The position numbers and the translations under genes are program-made. The notes below the pieces were generated by a model. That model searched no databases. It saw only the letters and a list, made by a program, of their open reading frames with translations, and was not told the origin of the DNA. From Patescibacteria group bacterium (GTDB taxonomy: Bacteria; Patescibacteriota; WWE3; 0-14-0-20-40-13), in assembly GCA_018896215.1 (NCBI GenBank), contig JAHINB010000017.1, positions 1 to 63,394 on the forward strand: a stretch of DNA of 63,394 nt. Reading direction: 5' to 3'. Positions 1-13,598 of this stretch are shown in pieces (within the stretch, counting starts at the first letter, position 1; every line of letters starts with the position of its first letter).

Positions 1-500
1 GGTCTTATATCCAACCCTGGATCTGTCCCAATTTCGTAATAACTTACGCTGCTTCCACCATCTGTGGCATATTTAGTCTGATATTTCGCCGACTCAAACA
101 TGCTATCAAGCTCATAACCGTCGAGACCCGACGCGTAGTAGTAATGCATTGCTCCTGCAGACTCTTGGGGATCAACCGGCAGTGTTGCCAAATACTTCCC
201 CAATCCCGGCGCATTAACTACAGTATATTGAAGCCATCCCGTACCATCAACCGCTCTAGAGCCAACATCAGAACTTCCAGTTGTGGTGGTTAAAGTTATA
301 TCACCCGATGCCAACGCCAAATCTATCGCCTTGCGCAGGTTGTCCAGATCGCTCATTCTTGTAGCGTCTCGCGACTCCGCCATCATCTGCGCTGGGTTTA
401 TAGCAACCAAAACAACACCAGTTAAAATGGCAATTATCGCAATCACAACAAGAAGTTCTACTAATGTAAAACCCTTGCGGGCAGTGTTTAACAATTTCAT
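1..500 (-). CDS. type IV pilin-like protein (prepilin N-terminal cleavage/methylation domain); 3' end runs off the window
   Basis: Absent from the ORF track because there is no stop in the window. Manual reverse translation from ATG (498-500) gives MKLLNTARKGFTLVELLVVIAIIAILTGVVLVAINP..., i.e. the G/FTLxE motif plus a hydrophobic helix. SD ggaggt lies at 511-516. The frame is open to base 1. Confidence 0.8.
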   Translation of the reverse strand, partial: MKLLNTARKGFTLVELLVVIAIIAILTGVVLVAINPAQMMAESRDATRMSDLDNLRKAIDLALASGDITLTTTTGSSDVGSRAVDGTGWLQYTVVNAPGLGKYLATLPVDPQESAGAMHYYYASGLDGYELDSMFESAKYQTKYATDGGSSVSYYEIGTDPGLDIR

Positions 501-543
501 AATAATTCTCACCTCCAAAAAATTTAACTAAATTAACTACTTT

Positions 544-1032
544 CTATTCCGGAATGCAAACATGCGTGGTTCCAACTGCAGCAACTGCATTCTTTGTTGC
601 TAGCGATTTAAAAGATGTTGACTCGGGAGCAAAACAAACATATACCAAATTGGTCGTGGCATTCTCACTTACTGTAAGACCATTTAACGCATCTGTCGCC
701 GCCGTTAAATTCTTTCTAGTCTTAAATTCTGGTTTAACCTCATTCTTGGTAACCAGTTCAGTTAACCATGATGCTGCTGGAGGCAATTGACCGCCTGTTC
801 CGGGACTATCGGCTTCGGTTGTTGTTGCCCAAGGATATTTTTGGAATGTGGTGTAATACCTTTCTACAGCATTCAAAAGCTCCGCGGCATCGGACTTGCG
901 ACCCGAATCATTGGCCTTTCTGATCTGCTCCAACGGGTTTATGGCAGAAAGAATCGCCACCGCCAAAATTCCCAAGATAACAATCACGATTAAAAGCTCT
1001 ATCAGCGTAAAACCTTTTGTTGTCCTATTCAT
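544..1032 (-). CDS. type IV pilin / pseudopilin (N-terminal methylation motif)
   Basis: N-terminus is MNRTTKGFTLIELLIVIVILGILAVAILSAINP, a class III signal peptide. GGAGGTG SD lies upstream. Confidence 0.85.
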   Translation of the reverse strand: MNRTTKGFTLIELLIVIVILGILAVAILSAINPLEQIRKANDSGRKSDAAELLNAVERYYTTFQKYPWATTTEADSPGTGGQLPPAASWLTELVTKNEVKPEFKTRKNLTAATDALNGLTVSENATTNLVYVCFAPESTSFKSLATKNAVAAVGTTHVCIPE

Positions 1033-1048
1033 TTTCTTTCACCTCCAA

Positions 1049-1075
1049 CAAAAAAACCACTCACACCGTGGTTTA
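1049..1075 (-). terminator. rho-independent terminator after pilC
   Basis: Minus strand reads AACCAC-ggtgtga-GTGGTT followed by T7. Confidence 0.5.
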
Positions 1076-1147
1076 GAATAACTTAATAACCATTAATTTT
1101 TGAACAAAAGTCGCAGGGCAGAAGACCATACAAAAACTATACCCCCT

Positions 1148-2362
1148 TTAGAACGATGATGTCAACTTATAAATTGGCGTGATAATCGAAATAATTAAAA
1201 GCCCTACCATTCCGCCTAAGGCTATCATGATTATTGGTTCCAACGCAGTTGAGAGATTTTTAATCACCCGATCAACCTCCATCTCGTAAAATGAGGAAAC
1301 TTTTCCCAAGACCTCGTCCATTTTTCCCGTTTCTTCGCCAACCGAAACCATTTGAAAAATCAATGGGGGAAATATTGGGTCGCGAGATAAGGCTTGAGAT
1401 AAAGGCAACCCCTTTTCTACAAGAATAGAGACTCTTTTCATACTGTTGCGATAAATTAAATTAGAAAGCGATATCCCAACAATGTCTAACCCCTCTACTA
1501 TTGGCACGCCCGAAGAAATTAAAAGCGACAGGGTTCTAGAAAAATCCGCCATTTCGCTTTGTTTGGTTAAATTGCCAAAAATGGGCGCGCGAAGCGCAAT
1601 TTTTGCAAAAAAATATTCTCCTTGGGTAGTTTTTTTAAAGCTTCTAATTCCAAACACGCTTGCTCCTAAAACCAAAAGCGCCGCCCACCATCTTTTAATA
1701 GCAAAATCGGATATTCCAATCATAATTTTGGTCGGCAAGGGAAGCTCAACATTTAGCGAGGCGTACATTTGTGTTAGCTTAGGAATAACAAACACAATAA
1801 TTATCGTAAAAACCAAAACCATAGCAAGAGAGATAATGGCAGGATATACCATAGCTCCTTTAATTCTTCCCTTTACTTCCCTTTCTTTTTCCAAATTGGC
1901 ACCCAACCGCAACATTATTTTATCTAAAGAGCCACTAGCTTCTCCTGCCCGCAAAAGCGCTACATAAGTTCTTCCAAAAGCTAGAGGATGTTTTGCCATA
2001 GCATTAGAAAGACTGCTCCCACCTTGCACATCTCGCAAAATTGTCTCGAGAATTGTTTTAAATGTTTTATTTCGGGCTTGAGACGACAATATTTCGAGTG
2101 ACTGCGTAAGTGCCAAACCAGAAGAAAGCATTACCGAAAGCTGGGAAGTAAAATTTACCTGATCGCTAAGAGAAACCCGGTTAAAAACAGTGGTTAATCC
2201 CTCCAAAAACAAAAGGTTTGACTTGTTTTGCTTCTCTAAAGAAATAATCGAGTAGCCTTTTTTAACAAGCAATGAGGCAGCATAGGATTTAGAGGAGCCT
2301 TCCACTTCTCCCTCTACCCGGGTATCTTGAGGAGTTTTGGCTTTGTATTTAAATATCGGCAT
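1148..2362 (-). CDS. pilC: type IV pilus assembly platform protein PilC (GspF family)
   Basis: Two T2SS-F-type repeats with three TM segments. Likely start is MPIFKYKAK (ORF track starts 15 nt further upstream at 2377). Confidence 0.9.
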   Translation of the reverse strand: MPIFKYKAKTPQDTRVEGEVEGSSKSYAASLLVKKGYSIISLEKQNKSNLLFLEGLTTVFNRVSLSDQVNFTSQLSVMLSSGLALTQSLEILSSQARNKTFKTILETILRDVQGGSSLSNAMAKHPLAFGRTYVALLRAGEASGSLDKIMLRLGANLEKEREVKGRIKGAMVYPAIISLAMVLVFTIIIVFVIPKLTQMYASLNVELPLPTKIMIGISDFAIKRWWAALLVLGASVFGIRSFKKTTQGEYFFAKIALRAPIFGNLTKQSEMADFSRTLSLLISSGVPIVEGLDIVGISLSNLIYRNSMKRVSILVEKGLPLSQALSRDPIFPPLIFQMVSVGEETGKMDEVLGKVSSFYEMEVDRVIKNLSTALEPIIMIALGGMVGLLIISIITPIYKLTSSF

Positions 2363-3434
2363 ATTTTTTAGAAACAAGTCTTGCTAAATCAGCCGGCTTC
2401 ATGCTGTGCTTTTTGGCTTCTTCGACTGTTATTTTTCCCGCAAACACCAAATCGGCAAGCGACATTTCCAGTGTCTTCATTCCAATATCCTGGCTGGTAA
2501 CAATAATATTATCAATCTGGTGGGTTTTTCCTTCGCGAATTAAATTTTGCAAGGCTGGCGTAGTCAGCAGTATTTCACAGGCGGGAAAGCGCCCCTTATG
2601 AATTCCTGGAACCAATCTTTGCGAAATTACCCCCTCTAAGATTAGAGATAGTTGCACCCTAACTTGATTTTGCTGACTTTCGGGAAAAACATCAATAATT
2701 CTATCCACCGTTTGCGAAGCGCTGTTAGTATGCAAAGTTGCCAAAACTAAATGACCAGTTTCGGCAATGGTAATGGCGCTGGAAATTGTCTCTAAATCGC
2801 GCATTTCTCCAATTAAAACTACATTGGGGTCTTGGCGCAAAGCAGAACGCAGTGCCACTTCCCAAGAGAAGGTGTCGGTGTGAAGCTCTCTTTGGTGGAT
2901 AGTAGATTTGTTATCTGTAAAAATATATTCTATCGGATCTTCTATAGTAATAATATGAGAAGAGCGACTGTTATTAATATAATTTATCATCGCCGCCAGC
3001 GTAGTCGACTTCCCTTGACCCGATGGTCCTGTAATTAAAACTAAACCTTGAGGTAGATTACAAAGCTCCTTTATAATATTGGCGGGCAAATTTAAACTTG
3101 CTAAATCAGGAACTTCAAAAGGAATTTTTCTAAACGAGGCCGCCGGCGTGCTTTTTTGCCAATACGCATTAACCCTAAATCGAGCTTTTTCGGATAAGGT
3201 ATACGAAAAGTCCAAATCACGATTAATATTAAAAAGGTCTTTTTGGGCTGGAGTTGCGCAGGAAAAAATAATGTTGGAAACTTGCATTTCGGTTAATTTT
3301 CCCATCGCGTCAAGTATTTTTAATTCGCCTTCAATTCTTACGCTTGGGGGAACGCCAACCGCAAGATGCAAATCAGAGGCGCCCATATTAACCATGTCAG
3401 TCAGAAGCGATGAAACCGTAAGACTTTGATTCAT
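2349..3434 (-). CDS. pilT: twitching-motility retraction ATPase PilT
   Basis: Walker A GPSGQGKST, GEMRD, HLVLATLHT; about 360 aa, PilT-sized. Confidence 0.9.
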   Translation of the reverse strand: MNQSLTVSSLLTDMVNMGASDLHLAVGVPPSVRIEGELKILDAMGKLTEMQVSNIIFSCATPAQKDLFNINRDLDFSYTLSEKARFRVNAYWQKSTPAASFRKIPFEVPDLASLNLPANIIKELCNLPQGLVLITGPSGQGKSTTLAAMINYINNSRSSHIITIEDPIEYIFTDNKSTIHQRELHTDTFSWEVALRSALRQDPNVVLIGEMRDLETISSAITIAETGHLVLATLHTNSASQTVDRIIDVFPESQQNQVRVQLSLILEGVISQRLVPGIHKGRFPACEILLTTPALQNLIREGKTHQIDNIIVTSQDIGMKTLEMSLADLVFAGKITVEEAKKHSMKPADLARLVSKKYADI

Positions 3435-3523
3435 ACTATAACAAGATAATGCGTATCTCCAATAAATTCCTTTTTCCGAAGGAAAAGGGCGTTACAAAGT
3501 CACATGCGTTCTCGCATGGGACT

Positions 3524-5314
3524 TTATTCGCGGGCAACCATGAGAACCTCCTCTATGGTTGTTGTCCCTTCTAACACTTTTAAAAATCCGTCTTGAATTA
3601 AGGTTAGCATTCCTTCATCTCGCGCCACTTTTTCGATATCCTCTGCCGATTTGCGCTCCAGAATCATTTTGGTAATCTTGTCCGTTTCGGGCATAACTTC
3701 AAAAATCCCCGTCCTTCCAATATACCCAATATTCATACATTTGTCACAGCCTTTTGGTTTAAAAAGTTCGACTGTTTTTTTATTTTTGGAAACTTTTTCC
3801 GAAAAGAAGCTATTCCCCGACTTGTCGGGGAGAGATTCATCCTTGCTAAAATATTTAAGCTGTGACTCCAAATCCGACCCTAAAGTTTCTTTAATTGTTT
3901 TTTCCATTTCGGGCGGAGCCTTGTAGGCTTCCTTGCAATGCGGACAAAGCCTTCTAACCAACCGTTGAGCCAAAACCACTCGCAAGGTTGATGCCAATAA
4001 AAAGTTTTCCACCCCCATGTCTAAAAGACGAGGGATGGCACCCGCCGCCGAATTTGTGTGCAAAGTTGACAAAACCAACCTTCCAACCAAAGAGGCGTGA
4101 ATAGCAAGTTCCGCCGTTTCGCCATCTCTAATTTCTCCAACCATAATTACATTGGGATCTTGACGCAAAAATGCCCGCAACGCCGAGGCAAAGGTGAATC
4201 CCGCCGCGGGATTAATCTGAACTTGATTAACTCCTTGAATTCTAATTTCCACCGGGTCTTCCACAGTGACAATATTGACCCTCACGGTATTTATCTTAGA
4301 AAGCGCAGTAGCAAGGGTAACCGTTTTTCCCGAACCAGTAGGTCCCGTAACCAAAATGATGCCGTGGGGTTTTAAAAGCGCCTCCTCAAATTTTTTTAAA
4401 GCCATGCCTCTAAGACCTAAGTCTTTTAACATTAACGATTTAGATTCATCCTTTAATAGCCTAATCACAACTTTTTCTCCCGTAACGGTAGGAAGGGTAG
4501 AAACCCGCAAGTCGGTTTCGGCTTCACCAACTTTTATTCTAAAGCGACCATCTTGAGGCTTTCTTTTTTCGTCAATTTTAAGCCCCGAGAGGATTTTAAT
4601 CCTAGCAACTAAGCTTCCGTGAACAGTTTTAGGCAAGGGGGTTAGTTTTTCTTGTAAAATTCCATCAATACGATACCTGATTCTTGTTTTATCCTCCGTT
4701 GGTTCTATATGCACATCAGAGGCGCGGGATTTAACAGCAAGTTCCAAAATTGCGCTCACAATTCTAGCAACTGGGGCATCGCGGATTACTTCTTGAACTT
4801 TATTAATATCTTTGATCTGCTCTTCAATTTTAGTGGGACCAACCTCTTCCAAAGCTCGAGAAACATCTTCTCCAATACTTCGGCTGTATTGAGTTGCAAT
4901 TACCTTAACAATTTCGCTTTTTAGAGCAATCTGTGGCTTGACCGTGAGACCGGTCTTTTTTTCGAGATACTCAATAATTTCCAAATCCAGCGGATCGCTC
5001 ATGGCCACCTCTAAAAACCCGCCCTCGGATAAAAGGGGAATTACGGTATACTTTTTAGCAACCGATTCTGGAACCAGCTCTAAAATTTGCGGGCTTAAAT
5101 TTAAGTCAGATAAATTGGCAACGGGAATTGAATAAAGAATACTTTTGGCAAAAATTATGTCCGATGGGGTGGCGTATTTTCGCGAGATAATAATGTCTTC
5201 TATTTCACGACCGGTGTTTACTCGTTCCAAACGAATTGCCGAAAGTTGGTCGGCATTTATTTTTTTATTTTCAAAGAGGATGTCTTCTACCCCCTTGCGT
5301 TTTAGATTGGTCAT
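3524..5314 (-). CDS. pilB: type IV pilus assembly ATPase PilB (GspE family)
   Basis: N-terminal GSPII_E domain, Walker A GPTGSGKT, and a tetracysteine motif CPHC...CDKC. Confidence 0.9.
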   Translation of the reverse strand: MTNLKRKGVEDILFENKKINADQLSAIRLERVNTGREIEDIIISRKYATPSDIIFAKSILYSIPVANLSDLNLSPQILELVPESVAKKYTVIPLLSEGGFLEVAMSDPLDLEIIEYLEKKTGLTVKPQIALKSEIVKVIATQYSRSIGEDVSRALEEVGPTKIEEQIKDINKVQEVIRDAPVARIVSAILELAVKSRASDVHIEPTEDKTRIRYRIDGILQEKLTPLPKTVHGSLVARIKILSGLKIDEKRKPQDGRFRIKVGEAETDLRVSTLPTVTGEKVVIRLLKDESKSLMLKDLGLRGMALKKFEEALLKPHGIILVTGPTGSGKTVTLATALSKINTVRVNIVTVEDPVEIRIQGVNQVQINPAAGFTFASALRAFLRQDPNVIMVGEIRDGETAELAIHASLVGRLVLSTLHTNSAAGAIPRLLDMGVENFLLASTLRVVLAQRLVRRLCPHCKEAYKAPPEMEKTIKETLGSDLESQLKYFSKDESLPDKSGNSFFSEKVSKNKKTVELFKPKGCDKCMNIGYIGRTGIFEVMPETDKITKMILERKSAEDIEKVARDEGMLTLIQDGFLKVLEGTTTIEEVLMVARE

Positions 5315-5394
5315 TTTGGGCAGTGTTAATTAGTTAATTTCGTTAGAAACAAACTCGTTTATATTTTAACACACAGTAGTATAGTACAATAGAA

Positions 5395-5545
5395 GATAGA
5401 TGTTTATATTAAAAAATTCTAAATTAGAAATCCTAAACTCTAAACAATATCAAAATACAAATGTTCCAAATTTTTTGAACATTTGAATTTATAAAATTGT
5501 GATTTGTTTAGGATTTAGAGTTTAGATATTAGAGTTTGTTGTTTC
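5395..5545. repeat. AT-rich MITE-like inverted-repeat element (family D: ..ATCCTAAACTCTAAACAA.. / ..TTGTTTAGGATTTAGAG..)
   Basis: Long imperfect palindrome in the pilB/holB divergent intergenic region. Related copies at 27012-27110, 44017-44105, 49495-49570 and 59301-59433. Confidence 0.7.
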
Positions 5546-5546
5546 T

Positions 5547-6179
5547 ATGGCATCCTATCTCATCACCCAATCCACTTTTGAAAAACGCCAGGGGCGTGCC
5601 CACGAGATCTTATCCCAATTTTCTATCACAAGAGATGAGAATATCTATCTTGTAAGCGATGACACCAAAAAGGGAATTGGAATAGAGTCGATTCGCCATC
5701 TAAAAAAGTTTTTGTCTAAAAAATCCCGCGCCGGCGAGAGTAGGGGAGTATTAATTTTGGACACTCAAAGGCTTACTGTACCGGCACAAAACGCTCTTTT
5801 AAAAACCTTGGAGGAGCCTCCGCAAAATACCCAGATAATTCTTGCCAGTCCTTCGGAAAAACTGCTTTTGGAAACAATTATTTCCCGTTGCATTCTAATC
5901 TCTCTTCAAAACAACCCCCGCCCAAAGGACGACCTACCGAAGGTGGACAACTTGTTCCTTCTCCCCCCCAATGGTGTTTTGGATTTTTTTGCCACTAACC
6001 CCAAAGTCTATGCCAGCCAAAATAACGCTTTGGAGTTTTTAGAAACGCAGGAAAGTTATTTGTTATCCGATATGGACAAAATTGACCCCAAGCGACTGAC
6101 AACTTTGTATAAGTATAAACCTCTAATATTTAACACCAACGCTTCGTTGAGGTTGGTGTTGGAAAATATCTTTATTTAA
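5547..6179 (+). CDS. holB: DNA polymerase III delta-prime-like clamp-loader subunit
   Basis: NALLKTLEEPP motif followed by SRC, at clamp-loader spacing. Short form. Confidence 0.7.
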   Translation: MASYLITQSTFEKRQGRAHEILSQFSITRDENIYLVSDDTKKGIGIESIRHLKKFLSKKSRAGESRGVLILDTQRLTVPAQNALLKTLEEPPQNTQIILASPSEKLLLETIISRCILISLQNNPRPKDDLPKVDNLFLLPPNGVLDFFATNPKVYASQNNALEFLETQESYLLSDMDKIDPKRLTTLYKYKPLIFNTNASLRLVLENIFI

Positions 6180-6184
6180 TGTAG

Positions 6185-8155
<1,971 letters not shown>

Positions 8156-8180
8156 GTTTATAGATTATGGAGGATATCCT

Positions 8181-10256
8181 ATGATTCTACTCTACATTGT
8201 TCTAGCAACTGCCCTTTTAGCCATTGTTTACACCGTCTATCTGGCAAAACTGGTACTTGCCAAACCAACAGGAACACCGGAGATGAACGAGATTGCGGGG
8301 TTTATTAGAGAGGGCGCCAATACCTACTTAAAACGCCAGTTTAAGACCATAGCTCCTTTAATTGCTGTGATTTTTGTACTCTTGCTCATAACAGCGCCTG
8401 AAAAAGACCTAGCTTTTGCCCGAGCCTTTGCCTTTTTGATGGGGTCGGCATTTAGCGCCACGATTGGAGCTTTTGGCATGAATATTGCCACCCGCGCCAA
8501 TGTAAGAGTGGCACAAGCTTCTAAGTCATCCTTTAGCGAATCTCTTTCGATTGCTTTTAAAGCCGGGGCAACAACCGGAATGCTTACAGTAGGACTGGGA
8601 CTTTTAGGAGCGACGATTATTTATTTATTGTTTCGTGAGAAGGCAACGCAAGTTTTAGTTGGCTTTGGATTTGGCGGATCCCTTTTGGCTTTCTTTATGA
8701 GGGTGGGAGGGGGAATTTACACTAAAGCCGCCGATGTTGGTGCCGACCTAGTTGGAAAAGTTGAGAAGGGAATACCAGAAGATGACCCCCGAAACGCCGC
8801 CGTAATCGCGGATTTAGTCGGTGATAATGTTGGAGATTGCGCCGGAATGGCAGCCGATATTTTTGAAAGTTACGAAGTGACTTTAGTCGCGGCAATGATT
8901 TTGGGTAGCGCTACCTTTGGTCTCCCAGGAGTAATTTTTCCGCTTCTGGTTCGCGCTTTGGGAATTGTCACTTCGGCAATTGGAATTCTTTCCGTTCGGG
9001 GAGACAATAAAACCCAAGATGGAATGGGAGCAATTAGAAAAGGCTTTTTGGTTGCCGCCGTTCTTTCGATTGTGGGCTTCTACTTTTTAGCAACGGGATA
9101 CGCTTCGGAAATTAAATTCTTTTACGCCACTACAAGCGGACTTATTTTGGCCGTTGTAGTCTATTACATCACCGAATACTTTACTTCGGCAAAACATAAA
9201 CCTGTTTTAGAAATTGCCCAATCCACTCAAACCGGACCCGCCACGACCATTTTAACCGGCTTGGTTGTGGGCTACGAATCCAGCGTTTACTCGGTTTTGG
9301 CAATAGCCGTGGCAATTATTACCGCAGTTCTGGTTTTTCCAGGAGATACTCAAGCTATTGCCTACGGTATCGCCTTAACTGGCATGGGGATGCTTACAAC
9401 TACAGGAATAATCGTCAGTATGGATTCTTTTGGACCGATTGCCGACAACGCTCAAGGAATTGCCGAAATGAGCAAAATGGAAAAGGGTCTGGATATTTTA
9501 GACAAGCTGGACTCTGTTGGCAACACCACAAAGGCTGCCACCAAGGGTTTTGCCATCGGAAGCGCTGTTGTTGCCGCAACAAGCCTTTTTGAATCCTTTG
9601 TTAGCGACACACATTTGATCGGCATAGAAATAACCAAACCGATTGTTTTTGTGGGGTTGTTACTTGGAGCAACAATTCCTTTTTTGGTTTCGTCAATGAC
9701 TATTCAAGCGGTATCGCGAGCAGCCTACGCCATTGTTAACGAGGTTAGAAGACAGTTTAAAGAAATTAAAGGCATTATGGAAGGAAAAGCTAAACCAGAG
9801 TACGATAAGATAGTAACCATTTGCACGGCCTCGGCTATTAAAGAGTTGGTAAATCCCGGACTAATTGCCATTGCTGTTCCAGTTGCTGTGGTATATCTGC
9901 TTGGGGTAGAGGCATTGGGTGGACTTTTAGTTGGAATGATTGCCACAGGGCAATTATTAGCCATATTTATGAGCAACGCTGGGGGCGCTTGGGACAATGC
10001 CAAAAAAGCCATAGAGGCGGGTCTCTACGGTGGAAAAGGGTCAGATGCCCACAAGGCGGCTGTTGTGGGTGACACGGTTGGAGATCCCCTAAAAGATACC
10101 GCGGGACCGGCGCTTAATCCTTTAATTAAGGTTATTAATCTTGTAGCCTTACTTGTAGCGCCAACTGTTGCCTTGTCGCACAGTCCAATTATTGGAATCG
10201 TGGCGCTGGGAATTATTATAGGAGTTTTGTATTACCAAAGACAATCTCGTCTTTGA
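8181..10256 (+). CDS. hppA: membrane H+-translocating pyrophosphatase, K+-insensitive type
   Basis: [18 protein letters not shown] and [16 protein letters not shown] motifs, many TM helices. GNTTKA (Lys rather than Ala) marks the K+-independent class. Confidence 0.93.
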   Translation: MILLYIVLATALLAIVYTVYLAKLVLAKPTGTPEMNEIAGFIREGANTYLKRQFKTIAPLIAVIFVLLLITAPEKDLAFARAFAFLMGSAFSATIGAFGMNIATRANVRVAQASKSSFSESLSIAFKAGATTGMLTVGLGLLGATIIYLLFREKATQVLVGFGFGGSLLAFFMRVGGGIYTKAADVGADLVGKVEKGIPEDDPRNAAVIADLVGDNVGDCAGMAADIFESYEVTLVAAMILGSATFGLPGVIFPLLVRALGIVTSAIGILSVRGDNKTQDGMGAIRKGFLVAAVLSIVGFYFLATGYASEIKFFYATTSGLILAVVVYYITEYFTSAKHKPVLEIAQSTQTGPATTILTGLVVGYESSVYSVLAIAVAIITAVLVFPGDTQAIAYGIALTGMGMLTTTGIIVSMDSFGPIADNAQGIAEMSKMEKGLDILDKLDSVGNTTKAATKGFAIGSAVVAATSLFESFVSDTHLIGIEITKPIVFVGLLLGATIPFLVSSMTIQAVSRAAYAIVNEVRRQFKEIKGIMEGKAKPEYDKIVTICTASAIKELVNPGLIAIAVPVAVVYLLGVEALGGLLVGMIATGQLLAIFMSNAGGAWDNAKKAIEAGLYGGKGSDAHKAAVVGDTVGDPLKDTAGPALNPLIKVINLVALLVAPTVALSHSPIIGIVALGIIIGVLYYQRQSRL

Positions 10257-10265
10257 CAATAGTTT

Positions 10266-12779
10266 TTGCTGATGGATATTGAGCGCATGGACATTTCGGA
10301 AGAAATGAAAAAGGCCTATTTAGACTACGCTATGTCGGTTATTGTCAACCGCGCCCTTCCCGATGTTAAAGACGGGCTAAAACCAGTCCAACGACGGATT
10401 GTCTACGCCATGTCCGAGGAAGGGCACTCGTTCTCATCCAAATTTGTTAAGTGCGCCGCTGTTGTGGGAGAAGTGCTAAAAAAATACCACCCCCACGGTG
10501 ATATTTCGGTGTATGATGCTTTGGTTCGCATGGGTCAAGATTTTAGTTTGCGTTATTTGCTTATTGATCCACAGGGAAACTTTGGTTCGGTTGATGGCGA
10601 CCCGCCCGCCGCTATGAGGTATACCGAATGTCGCCTAGGAAAAATTGCCCAGGAACTAACTGGTGATATTGACAAAGACACAGTGGATTTTATCCCGAAC
10701 TATTCCGGGGAGTATCAAGAGCCTAAGGTATTACCGGCTGTAATTCCAAATGTTTTGTTGAACGGCGCGCTCGGGATTGCGGTTGGCATGGCAACCAGCA
10801 TCCCCACCCACAATTTAGGAGAGTTAATCGATGGGCTGGTATTTATGCTCGACCACCCCGATCTCCCCCCTCCTACGCACGGTCTTCTCACCCAATATAC
10901 CCCCTTTGAGTCCACTGCTACAGTTGAGAACCTGATAAAGATAATTCCCGGTCCTGACTTTCCAACCGGGTGTTTGATTTATGATACCGAGGGAATAATG
11001 CAGTATTTCGCCACCGGCAAGGGAAAAGTAGTCCAAAGAGCCAAGGTAGAAATAGAAGAGGGTAAAAACGGCAAATTTACCATTGCTATTTACGAAATTC
11101 CCTTTATGGTAAACAAGGCAAATTTGGTGGAACAAATTGCCAATTTGGTCAAAAGCAAAAAAGTGGACGGTATTTCGGATATTCGCGATGAGTCTGACAG
11201 AACAGGAATGCGTGTTGCCGTGGAAATAAAAAAAGACGCCCGACCACAGCAAATTTTAAATAACCTCTTTAAACACACCGAACTGCAAAAAGCCTTTAAT
11301 GTCAATATGGTGGTTTTGGTTGATGGCGAGCCCAAGCTTTTGACACTCAAGATGGTTTTGGAGGAATTTATTAGACATAGACAACAAATAGTTTTCCGAA
11401 GAACCTTGTTTTTACTCGCCAAGGCGCGCGAAAGGGAGCACATTCTCCAGGGATTAAAAATTGCGCTAGATCATATAGAAGAAGTCATCAAAATTATTAG
11501 AGCAAGCGAAACGCCAGATATCGCAAAGAGTAAGTTGATGGAAAAATTTAAGTTCTCCGAGATTCAAGCCACAGCAATCTTGGATATGCAGTTGAGGAGG
11601 CTGGCTCATTTAGAAAGACAAAAAATCGAGGAAGAGCTGTCAGCTATTTTAAAAATGATTGATGGATACAACTTGCTTTTATCATCTACGCAAAAAGGGT
11701 TGGAGCTAATTAAAGAAGAGTTTCTTAAAATAAAGACCAAGTACGCCGATCCCCGAAGAACGAAAATAATCAGATCAGAAATTACAGACTTTAGTGACGA
11801 GGAGCTAATTAAAAATGAAAAAGTTATTGTAACAATTTCAGAGGGTGGTTACATTAAACGACTTTCGCAGGACTCTTACAAAAAGCAGGGGCGGGGGGGC
11901 AAAGGCGTTAAAGGGGCAGAGCTTAAAAAAGAAGATTTTGTCTATGACATTAGAAGCTGCTCCACCCACGATGTGATGTATTTTTTTACCGATAAAGGCA
12001 AAGTTTATCAACAGCGAGTCTGGGAAATTCCCGACGCCTCAAGACAAGCTAAGGGGACACCTATTGTGAATCTGCTTAACATTGCTCAAGATGAGCGCAT
12101 TACCGAGTTTGTTAACATTCCCAAGGACGCCAGCTTTAAGTTTCTTACATTTGTTACCGAAAAAGGCAATGTCAAAAAGACCGCTTTAGAGGATTTTTCT
12201 AATATTAGAACTTCGGGAATAGTTGCCATTACGCTAGCGGCCGATGATACTTTAGGATGGGTCAAGCCTACAAACGAGGGAGATTCTTTGATTTTAATTA
12301 CCGCCAAGGGTAAGTCAATTAAATTTAATCAAAAAGCGCAAATCAGACAAATGGGGCGTACCGCAGCAGGCGTAAGGGGAATTAAGCTGGGGGCGGGGGA
12401 TAAGGTTGTGGGATGCGAAATAGCCAATAACAGCAAAGCGGAGCTTTTAGTTGTAACCGAAAAAGGCTATGGCAAAAGAACCCCGCTTTTCGAATACCCA
12501 CTGCAAAAAAGAGGTGGCAAGGGTGTAAAAACAGCCAAAGTCAGCACAAGAAATGGGAATGTTACTTGCACCAAAGTCCTTGCCGAAATTGACGCGGGTA
12601 TTGAGACCGATCTTTTAATTACCTCCAAAGAAGGACAAGTAATAAGACTCCCAATAAAAACGGTGGCAAAACAAAGCCGTAGTACCCAAGGGGTAATACT
12701 TATGCGATTAAGCAAAACAGATAGTGTCTCAGCAGTTACATTGTTAGAACAATCTAAAACAGGGATTATCCCGAATTAG
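10266..12779 (+). CDS. gyrA: DNA gyrase subunit A
   Basis: DGLKPVQRR and HPHGD motifs, active-site region AAMRYTE, and a C-terminal beta-pinwheel. Confidence 0.97.
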   Translation: MLMDIERMDISEEMKKAYLDYAMSVIVNRALPDVKDGLKPVQRRIVYAMSEEGHSFSSKFVKCAAVVGEVLKKYHPHGDISVYDALVRMGQDFSLRYLLIDPQGNFGSVDGDPPAAMRYTECRLGKIAQELTGDIDKDTVDFIPNYSGEYQEPKVLPAVIPNVLLNGALGIAVGMATSIPTHNLGELIDGLVFMLDHPDLPPPTHGLLTQYTPFESTATVENLIKIIPGPDFPTGCLIYDTEGIMQYFATGKGKVVQRAKVEIEEGKNGKFTIAIYEIPFMVNKANLVEQIANLVKSKKVDGISDIRDESDRTGMRVAVEIKKDARPQQILNNLFKHTELQKAFNVNMVVLVDGEPKLLTLKMVLEEFIRHRQQIVFRRTLFLLAKAREREHILQGLKIALDHIEEVIKIIRASETPDIAKSKLMEKFKFSEIQATAILDMQLRRLAHLERQKIEEELSAILKMIDGYNLLLSSTQKGLELIKEEFLKIKTKYADPRRTKIIRSEITDFSDEELIKNEKVIVTISEGGYIKRLSQDSYKKQGRGGKGVKGAELKKEDFVYDIRSCSTHDVMYFFTDKGKVYQQRVWEIPDASRQAKGTPIVNLLNIAQDERITEFVNIPKDASFKFLTFVTEKGNVKKTALEDFSNIRTSGIVAITLAADDTLGWVKPTNEGDSLILITAKGKSIKFNQKAQIRQMGRTAAGVRGIKLGAGDKVVGCEIANNSKAELLVVTEKGYGKRTPLFEYPLQKRGGKGVKTAKVSTRNGNVTCTKVLAEIDAGIETDLLITSKEGQVIRLPIKTVAKQSRSTQGVILMRLSKTDSVSAVTLLEQSKTGIIPN

Positions 12780-12796
12780 GGATAATCCCTAATCGA
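12760..12796. repeat. palindromic element, family C (GGGATTATCCC-gaatta-GGGATAATCCC)
   Basis: Perfect 11-nt arms. Contains the stop codons of both convergent genes gyrA and truB. Confidence 0.8.
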
Positions 12797-13543
12797 GGAC
12801 CAATCTCCGACTTTAGTCCTGGTAATACTTAAGCACATAGCAGATGTTCCCAGCTTTTTCCCAATATCCTCCGCTAAACTTCTAATATATGTACCTCGCG
12901 AAACAGTAGCTCGTATTGTTGCTATTTTTGCATCTCTATCACCCCTATCTCCCTTATACCCCTTAAAGTAATCCTGCCAAGCTGTAATAACTTGTTCTCC
13001 TCTAAACTGTTTAACATTTGTACCAAGCTTTTTTAACCGCTCAAAAATTTCTTTTTCCAATTCGGAGTAGGGGAGTGTCTTAAATTTTAGAAGCTCTATC
13101 TTATATATTGCAACCTCTTTGACAGGCAAATCGGCTGGAGCTAAATTTCTATGGGCAAGTTTGTAAAGCTCTTTGCCTTTGTACTTAACCGACGAAAAAG
13201 CCGGTACTGTTTGAGTATATTTACCTACAAATTTTGCTATAGTTGCCTCTAAACTTTTCTCTGTTATCTCAATCGTTGATGGAATTTCGGGCTTTACCAA
13301 TCCCAAAATATCACCACTATCTGTAGCAATTCCAAAAACCACGGTAAATTCATACTCCTTAGGAAGATCGACCAATTCCTGACATTTTTTGGTATCGTCA
13401 CCAGTTAAAACAAGTAACACCCCGTCTGCCATAGGATCCAGTGTTCCCACATAACCAACCTTTTGACCAGGATAGCGCTTTTTTACCTGTCTAATTATTT
13501 CAAATGATGTTACCCCCACGGGTTTATAAGTATTTATAATCAT
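12776..13543 (-). CDS. truB: tRNA pseudouridine(55) synthase TruB
   Basis: [14 protein letters not shown] catalytic Asp motif. Confidence 0.9.
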   Translation of the reverse strand: MIINTYKPVGVTSFEIIRQVKKRYPGQKVGYVGTLDPMADGVLLVLTGDDTKKCQELVDLPKEYEFTVVFGIATDSGDILGLVKPEIPSTIEITEKSLEATIAKFVGKYTQTVPAFSSVKYKGKELYKLAHRNLAPADLPVKEVAIYKIELLKFKTLPYSELEKEIFERLKKLGTNVKQFRGEQVITAWQDYFKGYKGDRGDRDAKIATIRATVSRGTYIRSLAEDIGKKLGTSAMCLSITRTKVGDWSSIRDYP

Positions 13544-13598
13544 AATTACATAGTCTTAGAGCCTGCAAGTTCTAGATTGGGGATTAACGACATACCAC

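Noticed and set aside
283-1081. Plus-strand ORFs 283-531, 554-790, 787-993 and 896-1081
   Set aside because: They lie antisense to two pilin genes that have clear class III signal motifs and SDs. They have no motifs and odd composition, so they are shadow ORFs. The same reasoning applies to most short ORFs listed antisense to pilC/T/B, gyrA/B, hppA, dnaB, cysS, dnaX and similar genes.
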